Shown in pieces: positions 24,420 through 33,860 of a DNA stretch of 64,000 bases (its first letter is position 1; the number at the start of each line of letters is the position of its first letter). The translations under genes were made by a program, and so were the position numbers. This stretch comes from Candidatus Poseidoniaceae archaeon. Lineage in GTDB: Archaea; Thermoplasmatota; Poseidoniia; Poseidoniales; Poseidoniaceae. The stretch lies in the NCBI GenBank assembly GCA_965659685.1, contig CBFHXB010000002.1, positions 71,903-135,902 on the forward strand. Direction: 5' to 3'. The notes beneath the pieces are model-generated. The model was not told the origin of the DNA. It was given only the letters and a program-made list of their open reading frames with translations, and did not search any database.

Positions 24420-26993
24420 TTGATGGAGGTCGAGCGCCTGGAGGCCCTCGCCGACCGTGCGGCACCCGCCTTCGCAAAAGCAGCCCTTCCAATCTTGATC
24501 TTGGCCGGTCTGGTCACGGCCGGCCTGATGGTCTCCTTGGTGACCAGTCCTCCTGCATTTGACACCGACTTGGACCGCTTCGCACCGGACAGCGACGCCC
24601 TCGAAGCACACGAGCGCATCCATGCCAACTTCCCCGAAGAGCGCCGCCCAATGTTTGTTCATGCCGTGGCCGACGACGGCGGAAACGTCCTGACCCTCGA
24701 CCATCTGAAAGCCATGGAAACCGACGAACTTGCGCTTCGCAATGCATCGGCAGAACGGTCGGATGTGGTGGTGGCGTGGGCCACGGCGACAACGGCCCTT
24801 CAGGTGGCGCTCGACGAAGAAGCCAACGGGACCGCCTTGTCGAGCATCACCGATTGGCCCGAACTTCTCGCCCTGGTGCTTGACGAGGGGACCACCTGCA
24901 CCTTGACCGACGACGACGCCTTGTTGGCGTCGGCGACCTTTGCTGCAAACGCGATGCTCTCCGAAGACCTGGACATTGACCCAGTGTGCGCCTTCTTGTC
25001 CGACGGGACAGGTGGTGGCGTACCGGTGGCTTCCTCCACCCTCTGGGTGCTCGACATCGACCCCTCGATTGACACCACACAGCGCGAAATTTTGCAAGAC
25101 CAGTTGCGTCTCGAACTCGCGGCCATCTCCGAAGATTCCCCTCTCACCTACGGGGTGGTCTCCTTGGATCTGATTTCCTACGACATCGATGCCTCGACCT
25201 TTGACGGCTTGGCCCTGCTCATTGGGCTGGCCCTGCTTGTCGTGGTCCTCGTTCTTGCCTTCGCCTTCCGCACAGCCCGTGGCGTGGCCTTCCCCTTGAC
25301 CGGTCTTTCTGTGGCGCTCATCTGGACCTACGGGCTGCTCAATCTGTTTGGAGCCAAGTTCACGGCCCTTGAAGTGGCCGTGGCGCCGCTGGTGCTCGGA
25401 CTTGGGATTGACTACTCGATTCATCTCCAGCGCGCGTACCTGACCACACGGAAAGAGAACGACGATCCCGCTCACGCGTGGCTGAAGGCTTGCGCCGGGC
25501 TCGCCATGCCGTTGGTGCTTGCCGTGGTCACCACCGTGGCTGCGTTCTTGGCCAACGCCGTCTCTCCTTTGCCTCCAATCGCCACCTTTGGTGTGGCTTT
25601 GGCGTTGGGCGTCGTGTGCGCATTCCTGGCCTCCACGGTGGTGGTTGGAGCCCTCCACGTCGTCGTCGACGCTCGGCGCCCGAAGCGCGACGCCATCGTG
25701 CTGCGCATGCCACGGTTCAGCGAACGTCTCGTGGCGGTTCAGCGCAGCCAGCAACTGAGCATCTTGCTGGTTGCCGTGTTGGTCAGCCTCGCGTCCCTTG
25801 TTGGCGCTTTGTCCCTTGAAACCGAGTTTGATTTGACGGATTTCCTCGACGAAGACCTCGAGGTCATGGAGGTCCGTGATGACCTCGAAACGTCCTACGA
25901 TGCCGCAGGCTGGAAGGTCGTGTATTTGCTCATGGAACCCGAGGACAACCGCTCCACGATTCCAATGGATGCGGTCATGCTGGACCAACTCCGTCTCCTC
26001 CATGGTGACCTGAAAGCAAACCATGACGTCGTGGGGACGGACGGCACCAAACCCTCACCCTCCTACGACGGGCCGTATGTGCTGCTTCGTGATGCCGTGT
26101 TGAGGAACGCGAGTTTCGGAGAAGATCACAACCTCGCGGTGCTGACCACCGGTGACGTCTACCCGGTCACGTCGAGTCAACCCGTTGACCTCCTCGGGGC
26201 CTTCCAAGCCTTGCAAACGAACACCAGCGTGGCCGACCCGTTGACTGGGCTGAGTTGGGCTGACCGCGTCGAGGCGACGGTCGCGATGAACGACGAGGGC
26301 GTGACGCACCTTCGCAACGAGATCCGCGTCGAAGCCAGCACATCGGCCGATTCCAGCCGAGTGGTGGCCACCTTTGTGTCCATGGTTGATGGTGTGGAAG
26401 GTGAGAACGGGCTTGACGCAGATTTGGACGGATTTGCACAAGTGCACGTAACGGGTGATCTTGTGGTCCTTGAAACGGTCCTGACGGGACTGAGCGTTTC
26501 GCAACTTGAGTCGACGGCGATTTCCCTCGCCGTGTCGTTTGTGGTCCTCTTGGTGCTGACCCGCCGGTTGATTCCTGCTTTGGTTGTGCTGTCTCCCGTG
26601 GTGTTCTCCACCCTTTGGGTGGTCGGCTCCATGGTCCTGCTCGGGCTGAAGTGGAACGTCATGACCGTGATGGTCACCGCCCTGACGTTGGGCATTGGGA
26701 TCGATTTCGCAATCCACATGTGGCAACGCATGGAACGGGAGCGTTCTCGCCGCTCAAACCGTGAGGAAGCCATGGTTGCCTCCATGTCCACCACCGGTGT
26801 CGCGTTGTTGCTTTCCGCTGCCACCACCGCACTCGGTTTCATCGTCCTGCTCGCATCACCGATGCCCCTCATCCGGGATTTTGGCATGATCACCGCGGTG
26901 ACGGTGGGCTTCTCGCTCCTCCTTTCGCTGGTGTTGCTGCCGGTGCTGATGGACGTGGCCGACGCGGCCAGTTCACGCCAAGATCAAGGCTGA
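24420..26993 (+). CDS. RND-superfamily exporter, HAE3/MMPL-like (857 aa), paralogue of 12920-15778
   Basis: It has the same duplicated topology, with GLGIDYSIHLQRAY and GIGIDFAIHMWQRM signatures. The TTG at 24420 is followed directly by an ATG at 24423. Confidence 0.85.
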   Translation: MMEVERLEALADRAAPAFAKAALPILILAGLVTAGLMVSLVTSPPAFDTDLDRFAPDSDALEAHERIHANFPEERRPMFVHAVADDGGNVLTLDHLKAMETDELALRNASAERSDVVVAWATATTALQVALDEEANGTALSSITDWPELLALVLDEGTTCTLTDDDALLASATFAANAMLSEDLDIDPVCAFLSDGTGGGVPVASSTLWVLDIDPSIDTTQREILQDQLRLELAAISEDSPLTYGVVSLDLISYDIDASTFDGLALLIGLALLVVVLVLAFAFRTARGVAFPLTGLSVALIWTYGLLNLFGAKFTALEVAVAPLVLGLGIDYSIHLQRAYLTTRKENDDPAHAWLKACAGLAMPLVLAVVTTVAAFLANAVSPLPPIATFGVALALGVVCAFLASTVVVGALHVVVDARRPKRDAIVLRMPRFSERLVAVQRSQQLSILLVAVLVSLASLVGALSLETEFDLTDFLDEDLEVMEVRDDLETSYDAAGWKVVYLLMEPEDNRSTIPMDAVMLDQLRLLHGDLKANHDVVGTDGTKPSPSYDGPYVLLRDAVLRNASFGEDHNLAVLTTGDVYPVTSSQPVDLLGAFQALQTNTSVADPLTGLSWADRVEATVAMNDEGVTHLRNEIRVEASTSADSSRVVATFVSMVDGVEGENGLDADLDGFAQVHVTGDLVVLETVLTGLSVSQLESTAISLAVSFVVLLVLTRRLIPALVVLSPVVFSTLWVVGSMVLLGLKWNVMTVMVTALTLGIGIDFAIHMWQRMERERSRRSNREEAMVASMSTTGVALLLSAATTALGFIVLLASPMPLIRDFGMITAVTVGFSLLLSLVLLPVLMDVADAASSRQDQG

Positions 26994-27556
26994 GCGTTTG
27001 GTGAGAGCGCGTCCACGATGGCGTCCATGTCCAAGCCCTGGTCGTGGGCCACCAAGGCCAACCCCAACCAGGACGTGCACGGCCGCAGGGCGTGCTGCTT
27101 ACGTTCCGCACGTCGCTTGACCTCACTCCGGTCCAACCCCGAAGCACGTGCGATGAACCCAACCAATCGAGCCTCGAGCCGAACCCGTGGGTCGTCGCTT
27201 TCGTCGTTTTTGGACGCGGGCGTGGGTGGAGCTGCCTTGGTCTCTGCCGGAGCAGCAACGGGGGCAACCGCCTTTGCTGCCGGTTCACCTGGCGGCGTCG
27301 CTTCCAACAGCCTCGATGGCCGGGGCATCCACGACAATGGAACCTTGACCTCACTGAGGTCCCTGCTGGGCAAATAGCCGCCTTCGGCGGAGGAAAGCCA
27401 ACCCGTGTCGATGAGGTGGGCCACCACCCTGTCAGCTTCCTCAATGCCAAGCCAGCCCTGGGCGAAGGCCATCGTGCGGGCCATGTCAGAGGCTTGCATG
27501 GGCACGCCTGAACGGAACAGGACCAACAGGGCCCGCTCGACGTCTTCCGCAGCCAT
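26984..27556 (-). CDS. Conserved archaeal protein, DUF2240-like
   Basis: An N-terminal wH-like part (WLGIEEADRVVAHLIDTGWLSSAEGGYLPSRDLSEVKVP) is followed by an A/P-rich linker. The C-terminal part is GLDRSEVKRRAE ... LALVAHDQGLDMDAIVDAL. This matches my recollection of the DUF2240 layout. ATG at 27556 was chosen. Confidence 0.5.
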   Translation of the reverse strand: MAAEDVERALLVLFRSGVPMQASDMARTMAFAQGWLGIEEADRVVAHLIDTGWLSSAEGGYLPSRDLSEVKVPLSWMPRPSRLLEATPPGEPAAKAVAPVAAPAETKAAPPTPASKNDESDDPRVRLEARLVGFIARASGLDRSEVKRRAERKQHALRPCTSWLGLALVAHDQGLDMDAIVDALSPNAQP

Positions 27557-27595
27557 CGATGACCAGCAAGGGCGGTCGTCCAAGAACCCGACGGC

Positions 27596-30500
27596 TCATG
27601 CGATGCGCTCGAAGGCGCCGTCGTCGCGGAGCTTCCATCGCCCTGTGCCCTCGCCTTCGTAGTACGTACCTTCCGTGGTGTACTCGTAGTCGCCTCCTCC
27701 GGGGAGTTCGGTGTGATCGCCGACCACTGCTCCCGCATCCAACAGCGATGCAGGTTCGTGAACGTGTTCGGTGACCGGGGTGAGCGCGGCCAAGGCAGCT
27801 TCTGCGTTCGCCAAATCCACGGTCGCAGAGGCCGGCTTTGTTGGTGGTGCACGGGGGCCACCGGCCACACGTCGGTCAGCACCTGGGGGTCCCTTGGGCT
27901 TCGGCTTGGATGGGCCACCCGATGGGCCAGGAAGGGCTGCTTCAAGGTCGTCTTCGGTGTGACCTCGCCGCCTCAAGAGGACCACGGCGAGGGCGAGCAC
28001 GGCCAATCCACCGCCGCCGACCACCGCTGCTCCCATGCCGCCACCTGCGTTTTGGCCTCGGTAGGTCCAGAGGTTGTCGTCTTCGTCCAATTCGCTGACC
28101 TCGTCGTTGGCGTCAACGGTTACGCGCAAGGTCCACTCGCCCTTTGGGACGTTGAAGTTGCCACGGATCAATTCTGACTCATCGGCACCGAGGCCGCTGA
28201 TTTCGCGCCGGACGACCACGGCCTCCTCCCCGTCGCTTTCGAGCGTGATTTCAACCACGAAGGGTCGGTCAATGGCTTCCGACCGGGCGATGACGGGCGC
28301 GGCGACAAGCACATTCGCTCCTTCTGAATCAACATCGCCGTTCAGGGTCACGTCTCCCAGTTCCAAATCAGGGCCTTCGTCGGTTAACGTGGCCACGAAC
28401 CATGGGTCGCTGGCCGTCAGGTCCGACGCACCCACGAGCGGGCGCCCCGCATCGTCCCGGCCGTTGGCCCAACAGGACAGGCTCGCTTGCGGGTCGAGGT
28501 CCGCCGGGTCCCCGACGTTGGAGAAATTGAACACCGCTGTGAAAAGCGTGAGGTCCTCGAAGATGCCCGTAGGTGGCACGGATTGTGTCACTTCGGGCCA
28601 AGACCGTTCGGTCGAGGTCACTTGGCAGGTGACGTTGATCGGCCCGTTCCATCCCGTGTCCTCCTCGACGTTGACGCCGACGGTGACCTCGTCGAGGTGG
28701 TAACGGGACCACGAGGCTTCTGCGCTCTTGGCCACCAAGAATGGGGGGGTGGCGTCAACGTCCATCGGTGACAACACGATTTGGTGGAGCATGACCGTGT
28801 CCTGGGGGTCCCAGACTTCAATCCGGGCGAGCATCAAGCGTCCTCCCGCGGTCGGGGCAGGGATGCCGGTGTCGAGCACACCGTCTTGGATGAGGACCGT
28901 ACTGCCCCCGTCCCAACGCACAGCGCCGACGTTGCCAAACCATCGGATTCGGAGCCCTCCTTCATACGGCACGCCGCTGGTGCTGTGGTTGACGGTGGCG
29001 CTCAAGTTCAGGTGCTCTCCGACGGCAAGGACGCTGTCTGCGTCGATCGGCCCTTGGGTGGCGCCTTCCAAATCTGAGAGGTTCACGCCATCGAAGGTCA
29101 GCTCCCTGGCGAAGGTCCACGCCCCGGCAAGCTCGGTGGCGTTCGTGCCGTCGATGTCTTTGGCGACGATTCGGACCGCTCCTTCGATGAGTGAACCGGG
29201 CACCAAGGCCCATTCTGGGGCAAAGGCCAGGTCTACCGTCATCACGTCGTTGGACACCGAAGCAGCGCACGCCACCACGGCCGTTCGCCCGTCCAAGTTC
29301 TGACACTGTTCGCTGATGACGTCCCAACGGACCCCGAGGTTGACGTCCCCACCGAGTTCAATCCGGAGTTCTTGAACGTCCTCCAGACCGTTGCCGTCGG
29401 TCAAGGACACCTGCCATTGAAGGGGCCGGCCGGGCTCGAGGTGTTGTAACGTACCGTCGCTTGGGTTGATGCTCAGAACGTCGACGGTACGCGGGATCCT
29501 GGTGGTCCAATTCAGGTGGCCGGATTCAGCCGCCACGTTCGCCACAGGGAGTCCTGCAAGGTCGCTTCCCAGGACCAACACGCGAACGGCTTGATGGTCA
29601 TCGTTGGCGCTGTCGTCAACGGTGAAGTTGGCGGTCCAGACCGTGCCTGTGTTGGACCACGTCGCGGGCACCTGGACGTATTCCCCGAGGCTTGCGAGCC
29701 CGTCGATTTGGCCACCGTTTTGGCCGTCGTCTCTCGCTTCGACCCAGACGCGGAAATCGACGTCAGCGGGATCGAATCCTCCGACTTCTGCGAAGCTGAG
29801 GATGACGTTTCGTGCTGCGTTTTGATTCGCATAGGCCGCTTGATTCGGGCTGCTGCCGAGCAGGCTTGGGGCTTGGGCATCGAGGACAAAGGCGGTGCCG
29901 TCGTTTTCGAAGAGGAGGGTGGCGTTGGCTTCCGTACGAAGTTCGATGCGGAGGTCAGCAGGCCCGGAGGCATCCGAAGGAAGCACCATCGTCAGTGGGG
30001 CCAGGCTCGCGAGGCTGAGGTCGGTCCACGCGGTGGACATGTTGAACCACGTTGAGGCAGGCACGAGTTGACCTGCGGCAAGGTCCTCCACGCTCAGGTG
30101 CATGCGTGCTTGGAAGGCGCCGTCAGCCGGTCCGTCGTTTCGACTCGGGAAAGACGCTGAGAGGTCCACGGTCAACACACGGTCTGCGGCCACGACGACG
30201 GACGAAGTCGCCATCAGGTCCCGTCCATCGGCGGTGATGGCATCGAGGGTGACCTCGATGTCATCGGTCCACGTCAGCGTCGGGTTGTCCGGTGCAGCGG
30301 CGAAGACCAAGGAACCGTCATCGGCCTTGATTTCGAGGTGCATGTCCATTTGATTGAGGTTGACCACGCCCTGGTCCAGGTGAAGGTTCCACGCGAGTTC
30401 GGGTGGCGTTTGTTGGACGAGGTGAACGCTGCTGTTTGCGGTGTTGACGACCCGCAGGGCATCCATCGGGCTTGTGAGGGTCCATGTTCCACCGTTTTCC

Positions 30501-32224
30501 TCTGCCACGATCCGCTGGGTGCGTCCAAAGCCGGCGTCGAGGACCAGTTCCGCGCTGTCCCATTCGGTGTTGACGTCGACCAAGGTGGTCACGTTCAGCG
30601 GTTGACCGTAACTTTGCAGCGACGTGCGATCCAGGGCCGTGAACACGGTTTCCTCCATGCCCCAAGCAACGGCATCGAGGTCCGGCAAGGTCCATGCTTC
30701 ACCCTTTGTTGTGCTCAGCACGACACGGCACTGCATCCAGGGGTGCAAGTCGAGGAATTCTTCCACAGACCGTTCACTGCCGGAAACGCTTGGTTCCGGA
30801 ATGCTATGGTTGCCGATGGGGTGGTTGTAGCTGAAATTGCCGATCATCGGTTGCCAATCGATGCCGTTGAGCAACAGCGCATCCGGGGCGGTCCGGTACT
30901 GCAAGCCGAGGGAGGTTCCCGCAGGCGTGCTGCCGTCGAGGCGAATCCAGCGGAACATGGCATCGCCATGGGCGACGCTTCGGAGGTCGATTGGGGGTGA
31001 CGTCAACGTCCCTGTGTGCTCGGCGGGGCTGACGTAACGGTTGGACGTGGAGCGGAGTTGCAACCAATTCCAGGACGGATTCCCGGCATCGCCTCCGATG
31101 ACATAGGTGGCGTTGTTGTACTGCGTCCAGGCCATGCTGTGAACCGCGATGAGCAAGTTCCCCATGTTGCGCCACTCATCGGTGTCCGGTAACCAACCGT
31201 AGGTCCGGCGTTGTGCTCCCGTGCTCGAAGCGCCTCCAAACAGCACGATTTCGTCGTGGATGACGGTGGCCCCTGCCCCTGAAATGGCCACGCCCAAATC
31301 GGTGTGATTGGACCACGTTCCATTGCTCATGTGCATGCGTTCGGTCGTGTTGGTCAAGTCCCAACTGGCGGTGGGTGGTCCACCACCTGACGATGTCGCC
31401 GTGGTCTTGTAGCCACCCATGACGTAGAGGTTGCCGCGGTAATGGGCGGCTGCAGGCAGGACACGTGGTGTCGTGAGGTTCCCTTGCGCGGTCCAGGTGT
31501 CGTTGTCGATGTCGTAACTGGAACTGGTGTTCATCGCCATCACGTTCCCCGTCCGGTTCACACCACCGACCACGTACATGACGCCGTTGTGATGCGCATA
31601 GCCGGCTTTTCCAACGGCCCTGTCGCCGGGCATTGCGGTTCCAAGGCTCCAGGTGTCCGTCGTGAGGTTGTAGCGTTGCACCAAGCCTGAGGTAAACGAA
31701 GGGACCGAGGATTGGCTGTCTTCCATCGGAAGATCGCCCGCGAGCACCAAGGTGTCCCCCCAGCGGGCGCATCCTGCGAAGGATTGTGTGTTCGGCAGAG
31801 GATTGGAGGCCACGGTCCACGTGCCGTTGGTGACGTCGTAGATCTCGATCATGCTGGTCTCTTCCTCGTCGTTCCATTGGCTGGACGGATCGATGATGCC
31901 ACCGACCAACCACAATTCGTTCCGTTCTGGGATGGGGAACAAGCAAGCCGCCATGCGTGGAAACTGAGGTGTTCCTGCTGGCCCGGACCAGGCCACGGAG
32001 GGTCGGTCGATGACCACCTCGTTCCCGTCGCTGTCCCAACTGGTGCCGCTGAGGTTCCACCCAGTGCCGTTGAAATCAGCTTGCATGGCGCTTGCGGGCA
32101 TGGTGAAGGGGGCGGGCGCCTCCAAGGCCGTTTCAACGCCTCCCGAGGTCGGCATCACCATCGCCCATGGCATCGTGAGGAAGAGACCGAGCACAACCAA
32201 GGCTTGGAGGGTGGTCTTCGACAT
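27596..32224 (-). CDS. Giant Kelch-repeat surface protein with TM anchor and about 150-aa cytoplasmic tail (1542 aa)
   Basis: Signal-like MSKTTLQALVVLGLFLTMPWAMV. The N-terminal Kelch/galactose-oxidase-type propeller repeats include LWLVGG, IEIYDVTNGTWT and MYVVGG. A CARDB-like module lies near the C-terminus (... VDANDEVSELDEDDN). The TM helix is GGGGLAVLALAVVLL followed by RRRGH. Confidence 0.85.
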   Translation of the reverse strand: MSKTTLQALVVLGLFLTMPWAMVMPTSGGVETALEAPAPFTMPASAMQADFNGTGWNLSGTSWDSDGNEVVIDRPSVAWSGPAGTPQFPRMAACLFPIPERNELWLVGGIIDPSSQWNDEEETSMIEIYDVTNGTWTVASNPLPNTQSFAGCARWGDTLVLAGDLPMEDSQSSVPSFTSGLVQRYNLTTDTWSLGTAMPGDRAVGKAGYAHHNGVMYVVGGVNRTGNVMAMNTSSSYDIDNDTWTAQGNLTTPRVLPAAAHYRGNLYVMGGYKTTATSSGGGPPTASWDLTNTTERMHMSNGTWSNHTDLGVAISGAGATVIHDEIVLFGGASSTGAQRRTYGWLPDTDEWRNMGNLLIAVHSMAWTQYNNATYVIGGDAGNPSWNWLQLRSTSNRYVSPAEHTGTLTSPPIDLRSVAHGDAMFRWIRLDGSTPAGTSLGLQYRTAPDALLLNGIDWQPMIGNFSYNHPIGNHSIPEPSVSGSERSVEEFLDLHPWMQCRVVLSTTKGEAWTLPDLDAVAWGMEETVFTALDRTSLQSYGQPLNVTTLVDVNTEWDSAELVLDAGFGRTQRIVAEENGGTWTLTSPMDALRVVNTANSSVHLVQQTPPELAWNLHLDQGVVNLNQMDMHLEIKADDGSLVFAAAPDNPTLTWTDDIEVTLDAITADGRDLMATSSVVVAADRVLTVDLSASFPSRNDGPADGAFQARMHLSVEDLAAGQLVPASTWFNMSTAWTDLSLASLAPLTMVLPSDASGPADLRIELRTEANATLLFENDGTAFVLDAQAPSLLGSSPNQAAYANQNAARNVILSFAEVGGFDPADVDFRVWVEARDDGQNGGQIDGLASLGEYVQVPATWSNTGTVWTANFTVDDSANDDHQAVRVLVLGSDLAGLPVANVAAESGHLNWTTRIPRTVDVLSINPSDGTLQHLEPGRPLQWQVSLTDGNGLEDVQELRIELGGDVNLGVRWDVISEQCQNLDGRTAVVACAASVSNDVMTVDLAFAPEWALVPGSLIEGAVRIVAKDIDGTNATELAGAWTFARELTFDGVNLSDLEGATQGPIDADSVLAVGEHLNLSATVNHSTSGVPYEGGLRIRWFGNVGAVRWDGGSTVLIQDGVLDTGIPAPTAGGRLMLARIEVWDPQDTVMLHQIVLSPMDVDATPPFLVAKSAEASWSRYHLDEVTVGVNVEEDTGWNGPINVTCQVTSTERSWPEVTQSVPPTGIFEDLTLFTAVFNFSNVGDPADLDPQASLSCWANGRDDAGRPLVGASDLTASDPWFVATLTDEGPDLELGDVTLNGDVDSEGANVLVAAPVIARSEAIDRPFVVEITLESDGEEAVVVRREISGLGADESELIRGNFNVPKGEWTLRVTVDANDEVSELDEDDNLWTYRGQNAGGGMGAAVVGGGGLAVLALAVVLLRRRGHTEDDLEAALPGPSGGPSKPKPKGPPGADRRVAGGPRAPPTKPASATVDLANAEAALAALTPVTEHVHEPASLLDAGAVVGDHTELPGGGDYEYTTEGTYYEGEGTGRWKLRDDGAFERIA

Positions 32225-32247
32225 TAACGTCGACTTTTGAGGGGGTC

Positions 32248-32253
32248 ATTTAG
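32248..32253 (-). promoter_or_regulatory. TATA-like box (CTAAAT) upstream of the Kelch giant
   Basis: The minus strand reads GCCTAAATGACCCCCTCAAAAGTCGACGTTA followed by ATG, a spacing of about 24 nt. Confidence 0.4.
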
Positions 32254-32276
32254 GCATTCGCGGTGATTGGACGCGC

Positions 32277-33545
32277 ATGTTGATGAGGGGTGGCGTGGGT
32301 GCGGGGCCGAAGCCCATGGCCGAGTACATCGCCCGAGACCCTCGCACCGGCAAGCCCATCGAGATGACCACGGTTGTTCAGCGGGCGCAGGTCGAGGAGA
32401 ACCATCGAGGCGCATGGTCACGTTTGACCCCCGCCCAGGTGCTTGAGCTGGCCACCGGGAGCGTCGATGCCCTCGATCTGATGCTCGACGGAGAGCGTCG
32501 TCATTTCACGCGACTTGACGGCGTGGCAGGTTTGGTGATGGCCAAAGGGACCTACGCCGATGCGGCATACCACGCCCTCATCGACGCGTGCATGGACGAC
32601 GATGCCAAGATCCGGCAAGCGGCTTTGCGGGCCATGCCCGAAGTTGCCCAGCAACGTTCGGACGAGCTGTTCGATCACCTGAGCGTGCTCATCGACGATC
32701 CCGAGGACATCGTCCAAGCCGCGGCCAGCGATGCCCTTCGAAGGATGGCGCCGGTGTTCCCATCCGGCGTCGAGGACAGCCTCGTCAACGCCCTCCGCTC
32801 CTCGGACTCTCGCTTGTCCAAAGCCGCTTGGGAAGGCCTCCGCGTCATGGGCGAATCCTGGCCATCTGTGGTCTGCGTTCACGTGGACAGCCTGTTGCTC
32901 GAGGATTCCGTCGACCTGCGGAAACAAGCCGCAAGGGTGCTTCAGCGGGTCGTGGCACGAGCGGGCCACCAGGGGTGGGATCTGGTCACATGGGCCCTCG
33001 CAGACGACGAAGTTGTGGTCCGTCGGGAAGCGGCGAAGTGCCTGCCAAAGTTGGTGAATCCCGCGCCCAAGATGGCCGTCATTCTGGCCGAGAAAGTGCT
33101 CTACGACACGGACGCCACGGTGAGAAACCGTGCTCTGAAGGTGCTCGAGCGGGTGGACCTCGGAGGCAGCCGAGCCAAATCCATCGTCCTCGCAGGCACA
33201 CGGCACGAGATGGTCGACATCCGGCGTGCGTGCGTGGAAATGCTGCATCGCTTCATGGGTGAAGAGGACCAGCGCAGTTTTGCTCAGGACCGGCTCCAAA
33301 TTGAGCAGGACCCTGGCATCCGTGCGCTCTTGATGGAGATGATCTTCGACCCGGAAATCGACGGCGACGAAGACCAAAAGAACCGCTTCTTGGCCCCGGC
33401 CGAACCCGTTCCTCAACTGGACCGGGAAGTGGCGCAAGCGATGGAGCAATCCATCGGTATGCTCGAACCTGAACCCGCGGAACGACCCCCGCCTGCATCG
33501 GTGGACGAGGCCGAACCCGTGGAAGACGGTGGCCAACACCGTTAA
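32277..33545 (+). CDS. HEAT-repeat protein
   Basis: Repeated D-x-D/E-x-x-V/I-R-x-x-A-x-x-x-L helical pairs are present (DDDAKIRQAALRAM, DPEDIVQAAASDALRRM, EDSVDLRKQAARVL, DDEVVVRREAAKCL, DTDATVRNRALKVL). The tail is acidic. Confidence 0.7.
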   Translation: MLMRGGVGAGPKPMAEYIARDPRTGKPIEMTTVVQRAQVEENHRGAWSRLTPAQVLELATGSVDALDLMLDGERRHFTRLDGVAGLVMAKGTYADAAYHALIDACMDDDAKIRQAALRAMPEVAQQRSDELFDHLSVLIDDPEDIVQAAASDALRRMAPVFPSGVEDSLVNALRSSDSRLSKAAWEGLRVMGESWPSVVCVHVDSLLLEDSVDLRKQAARVLQRVVARAGHQGWDLVTWALADDEVVVRREAAKCLPKLVNPAPKMAVILAEKVLYDTDATVRNRALKVLERVDLGGSRAKSIVLAGTRHEMVDIRRACVEMLHRFMGEEDQRSFAQDRLQIEQDPGIRALLMEMIFDPEIDGDEDQKNRFLAPAEPVPQLDREVAQAMEQSIGMLEPEPAERPPPASVDEAEPVEDGGQHR

Positions 33546-33583
33546 AGGAGGCCCACCGGTCGCCCAAACGTTCAGGTGTAGTC

Positions 33584-33799
33584 ATGGATGACGTCACGTA
33601 CGATGACAAGGCCGAGCAGTTCGAGCGCATGTGGGACGGTATAACCCCCAAGGGCATCAACCGAAACAAGGCCCTGAAATTCCGTCAGTACATCCTCGAG
33701 CACGTCCGCCAGACCAAGCGCCCCCTCACCCGTGAGAACGCGCGCAAGTACTGGATGGGCCAGCTCCAGCAGGAGATCAAGGACGCCGAGTCCTTCTGA
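33584..33799 (+). CDS. Hypothetical 71-aa protein
   Basis: ATG with AGGTG 6 nt upstream. The composition is basic and helical (KALKFRQYILEHVRQTKRPLTRENARKYW). No family recognised. Confidence 0.5.
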   Translation: MDDVTYDDKAEQFERMWDGITPKGINRNKALKFRQYILEHVRQTKRPLTRENARKYWMGQLQQEIKDAESF

Positions 33800-33860
33800 G
33801 ACGCGCGAGGGTCGCCGCCGTTCCGGTGGCCCGTAGAACCAAGGAACGGAGGCGAACACG

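Noticed and set aside
24393-26893. Minus-strand ORFs 24393-26024 (543 aa), 26055-26726 and 26177-26893
   Set aside because: They are antisense to the second RND exporter, are His/Gly/Arg-rich, and show no TM periodicity or motifs.
26890-27945. 351-aa minus-strand ORF overlapping both the DUF2240-like gene and the 3' end of the Kelch giant
   Set aside because: It lies in a different frame from two better-supported genes, is Arg/Pro/Trp-rich, and bridges their intergenic spacer.
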